In this document: piece after piece, positions 8,090 to 17,372 of the stretch | How positions within the stretch are numbered: the first letter of the stretch is position 1 | Layout of the letters: each line of letters starts with the position of its first letter | Source: a virus | Length of the DNA stretch: 64,000 nt | Virus record (IMG/VR): IMGVR_UViG_3300037149_000094 | Location: 4,944-68,943 of that record | Reading direction: 5' to 3' (one strand) | Program-made: the position numbers and the translations under genes | Notes under the pieces: generated by a model | What the model was told of the DNA's origin: nothing | The model's database searches: none | What the model saw: only the letters and a program-made list of their open reading frames with translations

Positions 8090-10513
8090 TCAACTTCCCG
8101 GCTGTCCTGGCGCTCCGCTACCAGCCCCTCGCTGCTGCCCCTGATTGGACTGAGCCTGCATCGTGAGCGCTGCGGCTGCCTGCTGCTGCTTTGCCATCTG
8201 TGAACTGACGGTCAGGTAAGCCAACACGTTGCCGTAGCCCTTGGGATTCGTCTCCTGCTGCTCCCAGTTAGCCAAGAGCCATTGTTTTGCCTCGCTCTGA
8301 CAGATGGCCGGATCGTCTACGTTCGGCTCTGGCGTGATCGACGGAACCACGATGGGCGGTCCCTGGGGATTTGCTGGATTCGGTTGAGCAACAGGACCAT
8401 TAGGATCCTGCGCCAGCCGGTGAATGATCTTCTCGATCTTGGACAACTGCGCATCCAAGGGGAGTTTGATCTCTGGCGGCAAGAGATATTGCGCCATGAC
8501 GCGCTGAATCTTGGGATCGGCGAGCATCTGGGCCACGATGGGCATTTTCTGATTCTCGGCCAGGAGCTGCATGAGACGGGCCTGAATCTCTTCGTAGGTG
8601 GCCGGGAACCCTGCATCAGACTCGGGATAGGTGAAGAAGTCGCCAGAAAGTTCGGCTTTGAGCATCCTGATCGTCTTCCAAGAGCCCTGCGTCTCGCCCT
8701 CTTCGACGATCTTGATTTCCTCATCCATGTTCTCGACAGAGCATTTCACCGAGAGACGTGCTGCGTCCGCATCCTCGCCGCGCATCTGGTCGATGTACTG
8801 CTTCAGCCGTCCGAGAGCCGTGTTGAGGGCCTGCTCCTGCCCGGCAGCCGTCTCGATATGGCTGTCTGATCCGCCAAATACCTGGGGCATCACACCACAC
8901 AGGAACTGCGCGCGTGTGGTCAGGTTGTCGGCGTACTTCCAGATTTCAGGGTCGGGCTGGAAAGTGAAGTGGTGGAACAGATCAGACATGGGCGTGCGCT
9001 GGCCAGTTTCTTCATCGGTCCTGCTGACGCCTGTGAGGTTTCCAGGGGTCGCAATCTTGTTCTGCAGTGCGTTTCCGTCGATGGCGTCCGCGTCGAAGAA
9101 TCCGGCGCCGAATGCGATGCGATCGGCATAGGCCTCGATCTTGTTGACAATCTTGGTGACGCGCTCCTGCACGTCCATCACGACTTTGCCGGCGGCGAAC
9201 GGATATGCTCCCAAGCCTTTGATCGTCCCGCACCACGTCCAGTGGTCCTCTTTCGCCTCATTCACCGCATCGAGGAAGGTATCTTCGCCGCACTGAACAA
9301 GTTTGCAGCCTTTCGGGTACCGTGCAGCGAGTTCCTTGGCCAATTCCTCATCATCAAGTTCGTTGAATGCCACAACGTCAATCCAGCAGCGGGAATACGA
9401 AACTAGCCCCTCGGTAGTGATGGCGCGCGCGTTGGAACCAGGCGTGGTCTGCTGCTGACGGCCGCGCTTTGCCTGATCCCCGTCCGTCGCCGCATCGCTG
9501 CCCATCGAAGCGCCGATAGCTGCATACATCGCTGGGTAGGCCGCTCTGACCTTGGCGGCGGATAGCTCAATGGTGTAGTCCAGGATTTCCGTGTCGGCAA
9601 TTGGATCTTCGAGAGCGTCGGGGTTTTGGTCGATCATCAGACCATTGCAGATCGTGAAGGCCGTCATTCCGTTGGCTTGTTCGATCTCTCCCACTGTGAC
9701 TGGCAAATCGAGCATATCGCCTTCGTACCAGTCCTTTTGGCCAAGTGGAGCTCCGCAATTTGAGCAAACCGGAGTCGAAGAGAATGGCGTGTGTCCTGTG
9801 TCGGGCGTGAACTTTCCGCAGTTTGCGCAAAGATACCCGTCAGGAGTGACCTTTACGGGCATCGTCTTTTTCTGCGGTACTAGCGATGTGCCAGCCTTTT
9901 TCTGGTCGATGGTGTAGCGCGTGTATCTCCAGAATCCTCCGCAAGTCCACATATAAAGCAGCTTCAACTGATGGAGGGATGCCGCCTTATTCTTGCGCTC
10001 GTTGAATGCTTGGATGGTCGATGCCTTGTTGGCAATCTCCAGGTCCTGCTCATCCTGCGCGTCGGCTGGCTGGTAGCGAACCTTTCCCAGATCCACCATC
10101 AGGGCCGCGATAAAGATCATCAGGAACGTCTGGTAGATGTTGTCGTTGTGCGCGTATAGGTCGGGGTCTTCCCCTTGCCCAAGGAACCCTGCCATGAGTT
10201 GATTGATCGTGTCGAGAGCGGCTGATTGGTCGTTCAGGAGCGCGAACGTGCTTCCACGGATAGCTTCAAAAGCCCGCGTTGCCTCCGAAATGAAGCGTCT
10301 GCGCTTTGGCTGGTACCGCTGCTTGAACGTCGTGCGCAGTTCCATCAAAGCTGCCTGAACCCGCTGATCCATCTGAGCGTTGGCCGCTACCTGCTCACCA
10401 GTGAGTTCCTGGGGAGCGTCTGCGGTAGGGTCCGCACTCTGCGCAGGGCTCGCGCCCGAACCGTTGGCATTCAGTTGCTGCATCGCGCTCTGCGGGGCCG
10501 CTGCGGTCGCCAT
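8090..10513 (-). CDS. Portal protein (P22-like) with Zn-ribbon insertion
   Basis: 807 aa; DAQDEQD..IA clip-like segment, ETAAGQEQAL..ALGRL tunnel-helix pattern, Q-rich C-terminal barrel, position upstream of scaffold. Confidence 0.8.
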   Translation of the reverse strand: MATAAAPQSAMQQLNANGSGASPAQSADPTADAPQELTGEQVAANAQMDQRVQAALMELRTTFKQRYQPKRRRFISEATRAFEAIRGSTFALLNDQSAALDTINQLMAGFLGQGEDPDLYAHNDNIYQTFLMIFIAALMVDLGKVRYQPADAQDEQDLEIANKASTIQAFNERKNKAASLHQLKLLYMWTCGGFWRYTRYTIDQKKAGTSLVPQKKTMPVKVTPDGYLCANCGKFTPDTGHTPFSSTPVCSNCGAPLGQKDWYEGDMLDLPVTVGEIEQANGMTAFTICNGLMIDQNPDALEDPIADTEILDYTIELSAAKVRAAYPAMYAAIGASMGSDAATDGDQAKRGRQQQTTPGSNARAITTEGLVSYSRCWIDVVAFNELDDEELAKELAARYPKGCKLVQCGEDTFLDAVNEAKEDHWTWCGTIKGLGAYPFAAGKVVMDVQERVTKIVNKIEAYADRIAFGAGFFDADAIDGNALQNKIATPGNLTGVSRTDEETGQRTPMSDLFHHFTFQPDPEIWKYADNLTTRAQFLCGVMPQVFGGSDSHIETAAGQEQALNTALGRLKQYIDQMRGEDADAARLSVKCSVENMDEEIKIVEEGETQGSWKTIRMLKAELSGDFFTYPESDAGFPATYEEIQARLMQLLAENQKMPIVAQMLADPKIQRVMAQYLLPPEIKLPLDAQLSKIEKIIHRLAQDPNGPVAQPNPANPQGPPIVVPSITPEPNVDDPAICQSEAKQWLLANWEQQETNPKGYGNVLAYLTVSSQMAKQQQAAAALTMQAQSNQGQQRGAGSGAPGQPGS

Positions 10514-10517
10514 GTGT

Positions 10518-10988
10518 CTACGCCCTCTCTGCTGCTTCGATCTTGGCTAGTATTTCTGGAGGGACTGGTTTTGTCTCTAAAGTTCCGACGGTTCCAATCT
10601 TGGGAGTCCTGCCAAGTTGCTCTTGCGCGCTTGAAATCTGGGAGCGCACTCGATGGGTCCACTGGTCGAGTTCAATTGGTCCCAGCATCCGGCCAAACTC
10701 CTGGGCGGCCAGTTCTGCCATGACAAACGGATTGTTCGGATCGACGTTTGCCCAATCGACTTCAGGAGCATTCTTGCGCGTGACAGGACTCGGAGCGTTC
10801 TCTTTTCGGTGCCGGACTACTGCCGGCTGGACCATGGCGAAGTTTTCAGGGAGGCTTACTGATACGGCGACAGGTTCTGCCAGCCGCTCGGCCAGGACGG
10901 CGTTCTGAGCCTCAAGTGAGGCGATCAGCGCATCCTTGGCCGCGACTACTTCCATGTGGTGATCGCGGCTGATCCAAGGGAGCTTCAC
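10518..10988 (-). CDS. Hypothetical protein
   Basis: GTG start (MKLPWISR) immediately after the previous stop; coiled-coil N-terminus. Confidence 0.6.
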   Translation of the reverse strand: MKLPWISRDHHMEVVAAKDALIASLEAQNAVLAERLAEPVAVSVSLPENFAMVQPAVVRHRKENAPSPVTRKNAPEVDWANVDPNNPFVMAELAAQEFGRMLGPIELDQWTHRVRSQISSAQEQLGRTPKIGTVGTLETKPVPPEILAKIEAAERA

Positions 10989-10989
10989 T

Positions 10990-11325
10990 CTATGGCCACT
11001 CCGAAACGCGAACTGCAGTTGTGGCGCCCATCGATTCGACTTGGCAGTAGACTGTAGCCGGCGCGGCGTAGGTTGCGCCGTTGTAGTTGACCGGCGTCCC
11101 GACGAAAGGCCCGCGGCCGATGTGGTCTTGGCTGCCAATCTTCACAGGCTGCTGGGCGGGAGGGTACTCGGATACGCTTCCGTTCGGCCAGGTAACTTTG
11201 AGTCCTGCCGCGACACCGGAACCGTCTTCCGCGATCTCGACGTAGCTGGCGAATATCTTGGCCACCAGATTGACCTGGGCGGCGCTTGTCACTGCCTGTG
11301 GGGCTTGAACGACGGGACCAAACAT
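10990..11325 (-). CDS. Hypothetical beta-rich virion protein
   Basis: ORF MFGPVVQAPQ..., packed into the operon. Confidence 0.6.
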   Translation of the reverse strand: MFGPVVQAPQAVTSAAQVNLVAKIFASYVEIAEDGSGVAAGLKVTWPNGSVSEYPPAQQPVKIGSQDHIGRGPFVGTPVNYNGATYAAPATVYCQVESMGATTAVRVSEWP

Positions 11326-11329
11326 GGCG

Positions 11330-11782
11330 TTACTGACCCCCTGCGAATGGATTTCCGCCTGAAGACTGCGGCTGGTCGTCTGCGTCGTTATCGCCAGAGA
11401 ACGGCGATTTCCCCGCAGGCGCGGTCGGCTGAGCACCTTGACCAGGTGCCATGACCTGCTGGGCGCTCCTCTGAGCTTCAGGGCCATGCTTTCCGGCCAT
11501 CGCGTCTTGCATGTGCTGGTGGAGCTTAGCCGGGTGCATCTTCGCGACGGCTACGCGATGTTCGGCGTCGGGATCCCCCTTCGAATCACCCAGCTTTTCG
11601 CGCGCCTTGGCCTTGATCTTTGCCTCTTCTTCTGGAGAGATGTTTCCAGCGTGCTCCGAGCGCGTTGCGCCCGAGATCGCCATTCTCGCGTGAACTGGGT
11701 CAGATACCGGGAAGCTCTTCCCTGGTCCTGCGAAGTCTTTGCTCGGCATTCCGCGCCGGTCTGCTGCTGAAAGAACTGCCAT
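11330..11782 (-). CDS. Hypothetical protein with FAGPGKSFPVSDPVHARMAISGA motif (DUF6582-like, phage head region)
   Basis: Recognisable F..P...FP..D..HAR.A motif; SD GGAGG; late promoter upstream. Confidence 0.6.
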   Translation of the reverse strand: MAVLSAADRRGMPSKDFAGPGKSFPVSDPVHARMAISGATRSEHAGNISPEEEAKIKAKAREKLGDSKGDPDAEHRVAVAKMHPAKLHQHMQDAMAGKHGPEAQRSAQQVMAPGQGAQPTAPAGKSPFSGDNDADDQPQSSGGNPFAGGQ

Positions 11783-11800
11783 TGTGCCCCTCCGCGAACA

Positions 11801-11814
11801 GGAAAAGAGTACCA
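11801..11814 (-). promoter_or_regulatory. Late promoter motif variant TGGTACTCTTTTCC
   Basis: One-mismatch copy just downstream of a terminator hairpin (11827-11848). Confidence 0.6.
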
Positions 11815-11883
11815 CGGCAAACAGAAAGGCCGCCCTCTCGGACGGCCCTCTGTGCTCCAGCGTATTCCGCAGTCTCCTTTCGA

Positions 11884-12252
11884 TTATGAAGTGACGTTCA
11901 GAGTCCTGTCGTTCGATGCCATCAGCATTTCGCGCAATGCGTGCGGAAGAATGACACATCCTTCGCTTGCCGAGTGGTCGAGCGCTGAATTGTCGCCGTG
12001 GATCATGAATCCTGAGCGCGCGTAGGTATTAGTCCCTTCTTGTGGAGTCAGGTGCGCGACGATTGGTCCCTTACCGCCTGGATCGTCAAAGAATCGTCCG
12101 ATGGTCCACTTGCCGACCGGGATCGGGCCGCGCATGGGAACATTCTCCATCTCGACGTTGTTGAGTCCTGCACCGTTTCCTGAGTACCCCTCGCCGAGAC
12201 AGGCACCTTCAGGATTGATCAATTTACCGCTTGTGACCTCGTAAGTCCACAT
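11884..12252 (-). CDS. Tlde1/DUF2778-family L,D-transpeptidase-fold protein, probable endolysin
   Basis: GYSG, GPIPVGKW and RSGFMIHGDN...SASEGC motifs (catalytic His/Cys), next to membrane-protein genes. Confidence 0.8.
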   Translation of the reverse strand: MWTYEVTSGKLINPEGACLGEGYSGNGAGLNNVEMENVPMRGPIPVGKWTIGRFFDDPGGKGPIVAHLTPQEGTNTYARSGFMIHGDNSALDHSASEGCVILPHALREMLMASNDRTLNVTS

Positions 12253-12264
12253 TTCTCATGCTCC

Positions 12265-12957
12265 TTATGGGGTGTGTCGCGCGATTGCCGCGCTGATGTC
12301 CATAATATCGCCAGCGCGTTTGACTGGCTGCAAATACCATGGAACAGGACGCAGATAATCCGCTCTGGCCTTGTCTGCAACCTGCTGAAAGTCTCCTGCA
12401 ATTGCATTTCCGTGCGCCGTGACCCCGGCCAGATTGTCGAGCAGATCGCCGATGGCTTTACGCTTTAAAAGCACATCGAGGTCAGTTCCGGACTGCATAT
12501 ATGCCGCCAGGAGTGGCTGGGCGGCCGCGATCGTCCGCTTCCCTTCGGCAAGCGTATCCGTCGCCTCTCCAAGCGTCCCAGTTGCTGCATCAGCAGTTTT
12601 GTCCAAGTGTCCTGCCGTGTCCTTGACCGCATCGCCCACCGTGTCGAGGTTGTGCGCCACTGCGGTGACGAGAACTCCAGTCTGTTGAACCTGCTGCGCT
12701 GATCGAGCCGCCAGGATTCCGACGTTCTTCTCGGTTTGGCTGAGCTGCTGGATTGGGCCGCAGGTGTAGTTTCCCTGGAAGTCCTTGCACGGCGCGTTGA
12801 TCGCGTCCAGTGTGGCGTTCAATTTGGCGAGTGTCGCTGTCGGGGATGCTTCACCCCATTGCTGGAGAGCCCAGGACGCATAATAGCTGACTGCAGCGGT
12901 CGATAACGCGACGATCAGGATTCCTGCGCCGAGAACCCATTGAAGATATTTGCTCAT
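12265..12957 (-). CDS. Membrane-anchored coiled-coil protein (spanin-like)
   Basis: N-terminal TM helix, long amphipathic helical body, in the lysis cassette. Confidence 0.5.
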   Translation of the reverse strand: MSKYLQWVLGAGILIVALSTAAVSYYASWALQQWGEASPTATLAKLNATLDAINAPCKDFQGNYTCGPIQQLSQTEKNVGILAARSAQQVQQTGVLVTAVAHNLDTVGDAVKDTAGHLDKTADAATGTLGEATDTLAEGKRTIAAAQPLLAAYMQSGTDLDVLLKRKAIGDLLDNLAGVTAHGNAIAGDFQQVADKARADYLRPVPWYLQPVKRAGDIMDISAAIARHTP

Positions 12958-13069
12958 GCTCTCACCTGAAAAATCAGCCGGCGTGCAATACGCCGGCTGC
13001 CCAGAATGTTGAGTTTCCCGTGAGGTTGTTTTCGTGCATCACGCGGAAGGAGGTGCCGCGCAATCTTGG

Positions 13070-13519
13070 TTAGGCCGACGCTGTATTCGCGGCGACCGTC
13101 GAAGTTACGGCCGATGCGGTCGGAAGTGCTCCAATAAGTGCCTTGATTTCTTTCAGAACCAGTTGGATATTCGCCTGGGTGGTTGCGTTCTTGAAACCGC
13201 CCAAGGAGAGCAGATCCGTGAGGTCTGATTCGATGCCGGAAACGACCGAAGTCAAGGTCGGTGTCGCTCCAACCGCCGTGATCAAGCCCTGAGCCGCGAT
13301 GATCTTTTGCTCGATGGTGTTGAGCAAATTCGTTACCGCTGTTCCAGCCGCAGCTCCGGCCTCGATAGTGAACGCTGTTTCGATGAGCGGGGCGACGAAC
13401 TGCAGAACTGTCCCTGCTACCGCTGCAACGCTCGGAGCCTTTGACCAGAGTTTGGAAAGCTCCTTCTCGAACCTGCTGGCGAATGATTCAACGTCTTTGA
13501 TGATTCTAAGAAAACTCAT
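13070..13519 (-). CDS. Hypothetical helical/hydrophobic protein of the lysis cassette
   Basis: SD AAGGAGG before MSFLRIIK. Confidence 0.65.
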   Translation of the reverse strand: MSFLRIIKDVESFASRFEKELSKLWSKAPSVAAVAGTVLQFVAPLIETAFTIEAGAAAGTAVTNLLNTIEQKIIAAQGLITAVGATPTLTSVVSGIESDLTDLLSLGGFKNATTQANIQLVLKEIKALIGALPTASAVTSTVAANTASA

Positions 13520-13598
13520 GTTTTGCGCCTCCTTGGCGCTTGCAAGCGTGCCCGTGGGGCGTGTTGAGTCGATCGTGACAGTTACGTGCGGCGCCGCG

Positions 13599-13844
13599 TC
13601 ACTTAGTTGTGTCGTCGGGAAAGGTGGCGCCAGGGTTGTTGATGGTGGCGTTGGGGCCTGTGGAGTTACTGGTTGCGCTGGTGTGACCGGCAAAGGCTCC
13701 GAGCGCACCGGAGACAAGATTTGAGGCGATTGCGAGGACGGCGGTTCCAACTTGGACCGGGTCCGGGTGGAAAAGGACGGCCAAAGCAACTATCACCCCC
13801 AAGACTGCGAGTAGAACTGCCCAGAACGGCTCCGGCATCTTCAC
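13599..13844 (-). CDS. Holin-like small membrane protein
   Basis: 81 aa with two TM segments. Confidence 0.55.
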   Translation of the reverse strand: MKMPEPFWAVLLAVLGVIVALAVLFHPDPVQVGTAVLAIASNLVSGALGAFAGHTSATSNSTGPNATINNPGATFPDDTTK

Positions 13845-13937
13845 GCTGTTCCCCTTTGCAAAAGGTCATCCGGCTGAGGTAAATCGTGTGGAATTTCCGG
13901 CGGAATTGGTGCCAACGGATTCATCGTACACCCAAGT

Positions 13938-14279
13938 TTATCGCGACTTAAACAAAAAACTCAGTCCCCACCCGAGAATTGTTCCGATAGAGGTAAATGA
14001 AAAGGCAATCCCTGCAACGAATGTCTTCCATTTTTCAAGTTTACTCACACGATCATTTATACCTTGGATCACCGTCGGCAAATCCTTCGTGCGGTCGACA
14101 ACTAGGGCCACGGATATCTTCAATTCGGCAAGAGCTTCGCCATGCTCTTCGAGGAGTTTTGTTTGCGCATTCTCGCGCTCTCTGGCCATGGAGTCGCGTT
14201 CTTTGGTCAGACGTTCAATGTCTTTTTGGAGCGCGTTCACTCCATCGAACTGGTTTCCGTTCTTGCGACGATCAATCAT
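13938..14279 (-). CDS. Coiled-coil protein with C-terminal TM helix (XhlA/holin-like)
   Basis: MIDRRK start with SD AGGAG; coiled coil then a hydrophobic C-terminus. Confidence 0.55.
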   Translation of the reverse strand: MIDRRKNGNQFDGVNALQKDIERLTKERDSMARERENAQTKLLEEHGEALAELKISVALVVDRTKDLPTVIQGINDRVSKLEKWKTFVAGIAFSFTSIGTILGWGLSFLFKSR

Positions 14280-14287
14280 CTTTTCTC

Positions 14288-15502
14288 CTAGTTGCCAATT
14301 GCCCAAACGATTGGAGTGATTGCGTCAAAGGAGTGGTCAGCGTTCCTCTGCATCCAGACGACGACACTGGTTGTCGAACAGGATTCCTCTTGGAAAAAAG
14401 ACATATTTGTGTCTACTGGAGACGTGTTGAGGTTACTAACAGTGACTGTGTAACAGGCGGTTGGGAACGCCACCGGAAGAGTTACTGTCTGCGGAGATCC
14501 AGATGTTGACTGGAGGGTTCCTGTCGCCCACTCCATCCACTTGCCGTCTGGAAGTACCGTGCATCCTGCCGTCGAACTGCTGGTATACGCGGAACAAGCA
14601 TTAGTGAAATTCGTTCCTGCGGTGACTCTCCCATCTGCTTGGACTGTGACGCTTGTATAAGTTCCGGCTGTGACGCCAGAGGCTGCGATGGTCGGATTTG
14701 GATAGGTACCTGCCAGTGATCCGCCGGCTACGCCACTTGGCGGCAGGCTACTTGGTGTCCCGGTGATCTGCGAGTAGGTGTAGTCTCCCGAGGCAGGAAC
14801 TACGGCACCAGTGCGCACGTTACCAGTGGGCCCAAAGGATGTGACGACCGCGGTCGATGGAAGGGGAGAGCAGATGGGGAGCAGCGCCGCGGTTATTCCT
14901 GTCATGAACTGGGGAGATGGGCAACCGGCAGGCGTCGACCCAAGAACTATTCCTCCAGTGGCGTCCAGCGGCCCAAGAACCGTTAGGCTGCCCGCGAACT
15001 CGCCGCCATTTCCTTGAAAGAATCCAGTCAGATTGAGGTTTCTGTAGGTCGCATCCTGCAGATTTGGCGGTGTCTGTGAGCAGGCAATAGGCTGCTGTGC
15101 ATTCAGGTTCCAGACCCCCTGCGTCGAGATCACTTGGTAGCACTGCGGCGTTCCCTGGACTGCTCCATTGGCCACATATGCAAGCTGGTACTGGCTGTTC
15201 CCCGTGGTCCCGTTGCAGGTTATCAGGTCATTTGGCCAGACCGATGCGTTGACCATGCCTGATCCGTTTGCCTGTACTTGGTAGCCCTGCTGGACGATTA
15301 CCGAGTAGCCAGCGATCGCAACAGGACTTGGACAGTTCTGAAGTTGGATTGAGACACCGGCGTAAGGGAGTCCTGTCCCGATGATCGATCCGAGGTTGCC
15401 TTGAACGGGTAGTGGATTTGGAACCTGGGCGAGCGCCATGAGAGCGCCGAATATCAAACCGAAGCAAATCAGAAGCCGAGTGATCCAGCGCATTGACGTC
15501 AT
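14288..15502 (-). CDS. Tail fibre protein with gp53-like C-terminal domain and N-terminal signal-peptide-like segment
   Basis: C-terminal LPDGKWMEW...VTLPVAFPTAC...WAIGN; SGVTAGTYTSVTV..DGRVT fibre repeat. Confidence 0.75.
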   Translation of the reverse strand: MTSMRWITRLLICFGLIFGALMALAQVPNPLPVQGNLGSIIGTGLPYAGVSIQLQNCPSPVAIAGYSVIVQQGYQVQANGSGMVNASVWPNDLITCNGTTGNSQYQLAYVANGAVQGTPQCYQVISTQGVWNLNAQQPIACSQTPPNLQDATYRNLNLTGFFQGNGGEFAGSLTVLGPLDATGGIVLGSTPAGCPSPQFMTGITAALLPICSPLPSTAVVTSFGPTGNVRTGAVVPASGDYTYSQITGTPSSLPPSGVAGGSLAGTYPNPTIAASGVTAGTYTSVTVQADGRVTAGTNFTNACSAYTSSSTAGCTVLPDGKWMEWATGTLQSTSGSPQTVTLPVAFPTACYTVTVSNLNTSPVDTNMSFFQEESCSTTSVVVWMQRNADHSFDAITPIVWAIGN

Positions 15503-15513
15503 TCCCCTTTGCA

Positions 15514-15527
15514 GGGAAAGAGTAGCA
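15514..15527 (-). promoter_or_regulatory. Late promoter motif TGCTACTCTTTCCC
   Basis: Exact motif copy upstream of the tail fibre gene. Confidence 0.7.
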
Positions 15528-15534
15528 TTGCCGA

Positions 15535-15804
15535 TCAGACTGGTCGGCTTCGCTTGCGGAGGGTTGCCTTTTTGGAGTGGATGAACTCGACTTTTGTGTC
15601 CTGCGGCCGGCGCGGCTTGCTCACAAAAGGAACCGGATTCTTTCCGATTCCGCGGCAGGACTCTTCAAGTTCCCAGCTTGACACGCATTCAGGACATGGA
15701 ATTGGACGATCTGGCTTATCTTCGGTTCGCGCCACATATTTTCCGTGGATCGCGCATTTCATCTTCGAGAACCAGTAGCGATTCAAGAGCACCGCGTCGT
15801 TCAA
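15535..15804 (-). CDS. Small Zn-finger protein (CAIH...CPEC)
   Basis: TTG start overlapping the upstream TGA, SD GGAGG. Confidence 0.5.
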   Translation of the reverse strand: MNDAVLLNRYWFSKMKCAIHGKYVARTEDKPDRPIPCPECVSSWELEESCRGIGKNPVPFVSKPRRPQDTKVEFIHSKKATLRKRSRPV

Positions 15805-16256
15805 GCGGCCTCCTGGTGATGGCACTCCGGGCAGGAGTAGAGGCCATGCTTGCAGCGCACATTAGTTCTCCCGCTAATCGCTTGAAATTCAGATTTTAGT
15901 TGTTTGGCGTACTGAAAAACTTCTCTAGGAATTACAGGCATCGGCATGGCGTCGATGGTCTGCTCAACATCCTGCACCGTCACCTGGGGAATCTCCGCGC
16001 ACGCAGTTTCAATCTCTTCTTGGGTCGTATCAGCATCGGCTGCGATGAAAGCCTCCACAGGACTTTCGACGACTGCTTTCCGGCGCCGGTCCACTCCCGC
16101 TGCATTCCAGCGCGTCGATTTGCACTTTCCGCAGCGCTTGGACTTCTCAGGCTTCTCGAAGAGAGGGTTTACAGTCCCGTCGGTCGAGCGGTGCTTCGGC
16201 AGCCATGGCTCACCGCACACGTCGCAGAATGGAACCTGGATTTTCTTGATTGCCAT
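15801..16256 (-). CDS. Zn-ribbon protein (CDVC...CGKC...W)
   Basis: Typical phage CxxC..W..CxxC.S.RWN domain plus a C-terminal CxH..CxxC. Confidence 0.7.
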   Translation of the reverse strand: MAIKKIQVPFCDVCGEPWLPKHRSTDGTVNPLFEKPEKSKRCGKCKSTRWNAAGVDRRRKAVVESPVEAFIAADADTTQEEIETACAEIPQVTVQDVEQTIDAMPMPVIPREVFQYAKQLKSEFQAISGRTNVRCKHGLYSCPECHHQEAA

Positions 16257-16561
16257 CAGCGAAGTCCCTCCAGCCAAACATCGTCACAGGGAATTCCATC
16301 CCAGTCGAAATCAATCTCGTCGCGCCAAATCGCTCTATTTCGACCATTTTTCATTTGCTCAGGCTCCAAAGCATCGAGAGCATGGTGTCCGGCCGCGATT
16401 GCCATCTTCATAATCTGCTCATGGCGATAACTCTTCTCCAATTCTGCCCACGGGAAGACCGTATTCCTAAGCATAAGCAAAACGGTTTGTCCCATAATCA
16501 GCGCATCATTGGCGGCGATGCGGCGAAGAGAATGAGCAGATACCAATGAGATTATTTCCAT
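16256..16561 (-). CDS. Hypothetical protein
   Basis: Stop/start overlap with the neighbouring gene. Confidence 0.5.
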   Translation of the reverse strand: MEIISLVSAHSLRRIAANDALIMGQTVLLMLRNTVFPWAELEKSYRHEQIMKMAIAAGHHALDALEPEQMKNGRNRAIWRDEIDFDWDGIPCDDVWLEGLR

Positions 16562-16563
16562 TT

Positions 16564-16764
16564 TTACGATCTCAGAATTCTGTCGACATCCATGAGTGAA
16601 GTTTCGACTGTCTCGCCAGTTTCCCCAACAATTTTACGTTTGAGAACTTCGCGGATACGAAGAATCTTAGCGTCCTCTACGTCAGGTGCTTGTCCGTGAC
16701 ATGAGACGTTCACGCTAACTGCGAGTGCTTTTGCTGGAAACTTTTTTCCCTCAATGATTTCCAT
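16564..16764 (-). CDS. Small hypothetical protein (leaderless)
   Basis: TTGTGC-N17-TATATT promoter 6 nt before the ATG. Confidence 0.5.
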   Translation of the reverse strand: MEIIEGKKFPAKALAVSVNVSCHGQAPDVEDAKILRIREVLKRKIVGETGETVETSLMDVDRILRS

Positions 16765-16810
16765 GAATGCAATATACCACTACTAGAACATACGCACAAT
16801 GGTGAGATTG

Positions 16811-17290
16811 CTACCGTGTCGCTTCGAACAGGAACCACGCGCGCCGCTCGGCCTCGTCAATCCAGACCTCGATCATCGCCGTGGAGGCGTAGTCGCCCAC
16901 GCTCTCTGTGACCGCATGGCAGGACCGCAGACGGGTGACGATGGTCCTGTTGTCGGCCAGGAGCTCCAGCAGCATCGTCTTGGGCGCCATGCCGGCCTCG
17001 TCGCAGTCTTTGATCTTCGACAGCCGGGCAATCTGGCCAATCGACCTGATCGTGGTCCCGCCGGTCTTCCGCACGCGCTCGGCGATGTCGTCGGTGATCT
17101 CGTAGATTTGCGTGGCCTGGTCGTCCAGCATCAGGTGCCAGTCGCGGAAGTGCGGCCCGCTCATGTGCCAATGGAAGTTCTTGGTCTTGATGTAAAGCGC
17201 GTAGCAGTCGGCCAGCAGCGTGTTGAGCGACGTGGACAGCTTGAAGACTTCGACAGGACTGAAACCGTCTTGCACTTCTGATTCGGCCAT
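16811..17290 (-). CDS. dps: Dps-family ferritin-like DNA-protection protein
   Basis: KTKNFHWHMSGPHFRDWH..LD...DDIAERV..GG signature with ferroxidase His/Asp/Glu residues. Confidence 0.92.
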   Translation of the reverse strand: MAESEVQDGFSPVEVFKLSTSLNTLLADCYALYIKTKNFHWHMSGPHFRDWHLMLDDQATQIYEITDDIAERVRKTGGTTIRSIGQIARLSKIKDCDEAGMAPKTMLLELLADNRTIVTRLRSCHAVTESVGDYASTAMIEVWIDEAERRAWFLFEATR

Positions 17291-17327
17291 GGTGGTCACC
17301 TGGGAACATGATACTTCCTGACACAGA

Positions 17328-17351
17328 AAGGCCCCAGCCGAAGCTGAGGCC
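17328..17351 (-). terminator. Hairpin terminator upstream of dps
   Basis: GGCCTCAGC-TTCG-GCTGGGGCC-TTTCT on the minus strand. Confidence 0.7.
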
Positions 17352-17372
17352 AATCTCCACTCCAAGACGCTT

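Noticed and set aside
138..16500. Many long plus-strand ORFs opposite the structural genes (e.g. 5569..6522, 8282..8869)
   Set aside because: Antisense shadows of GC-rich minus-strand genes; no RBS or recognisable motifs.
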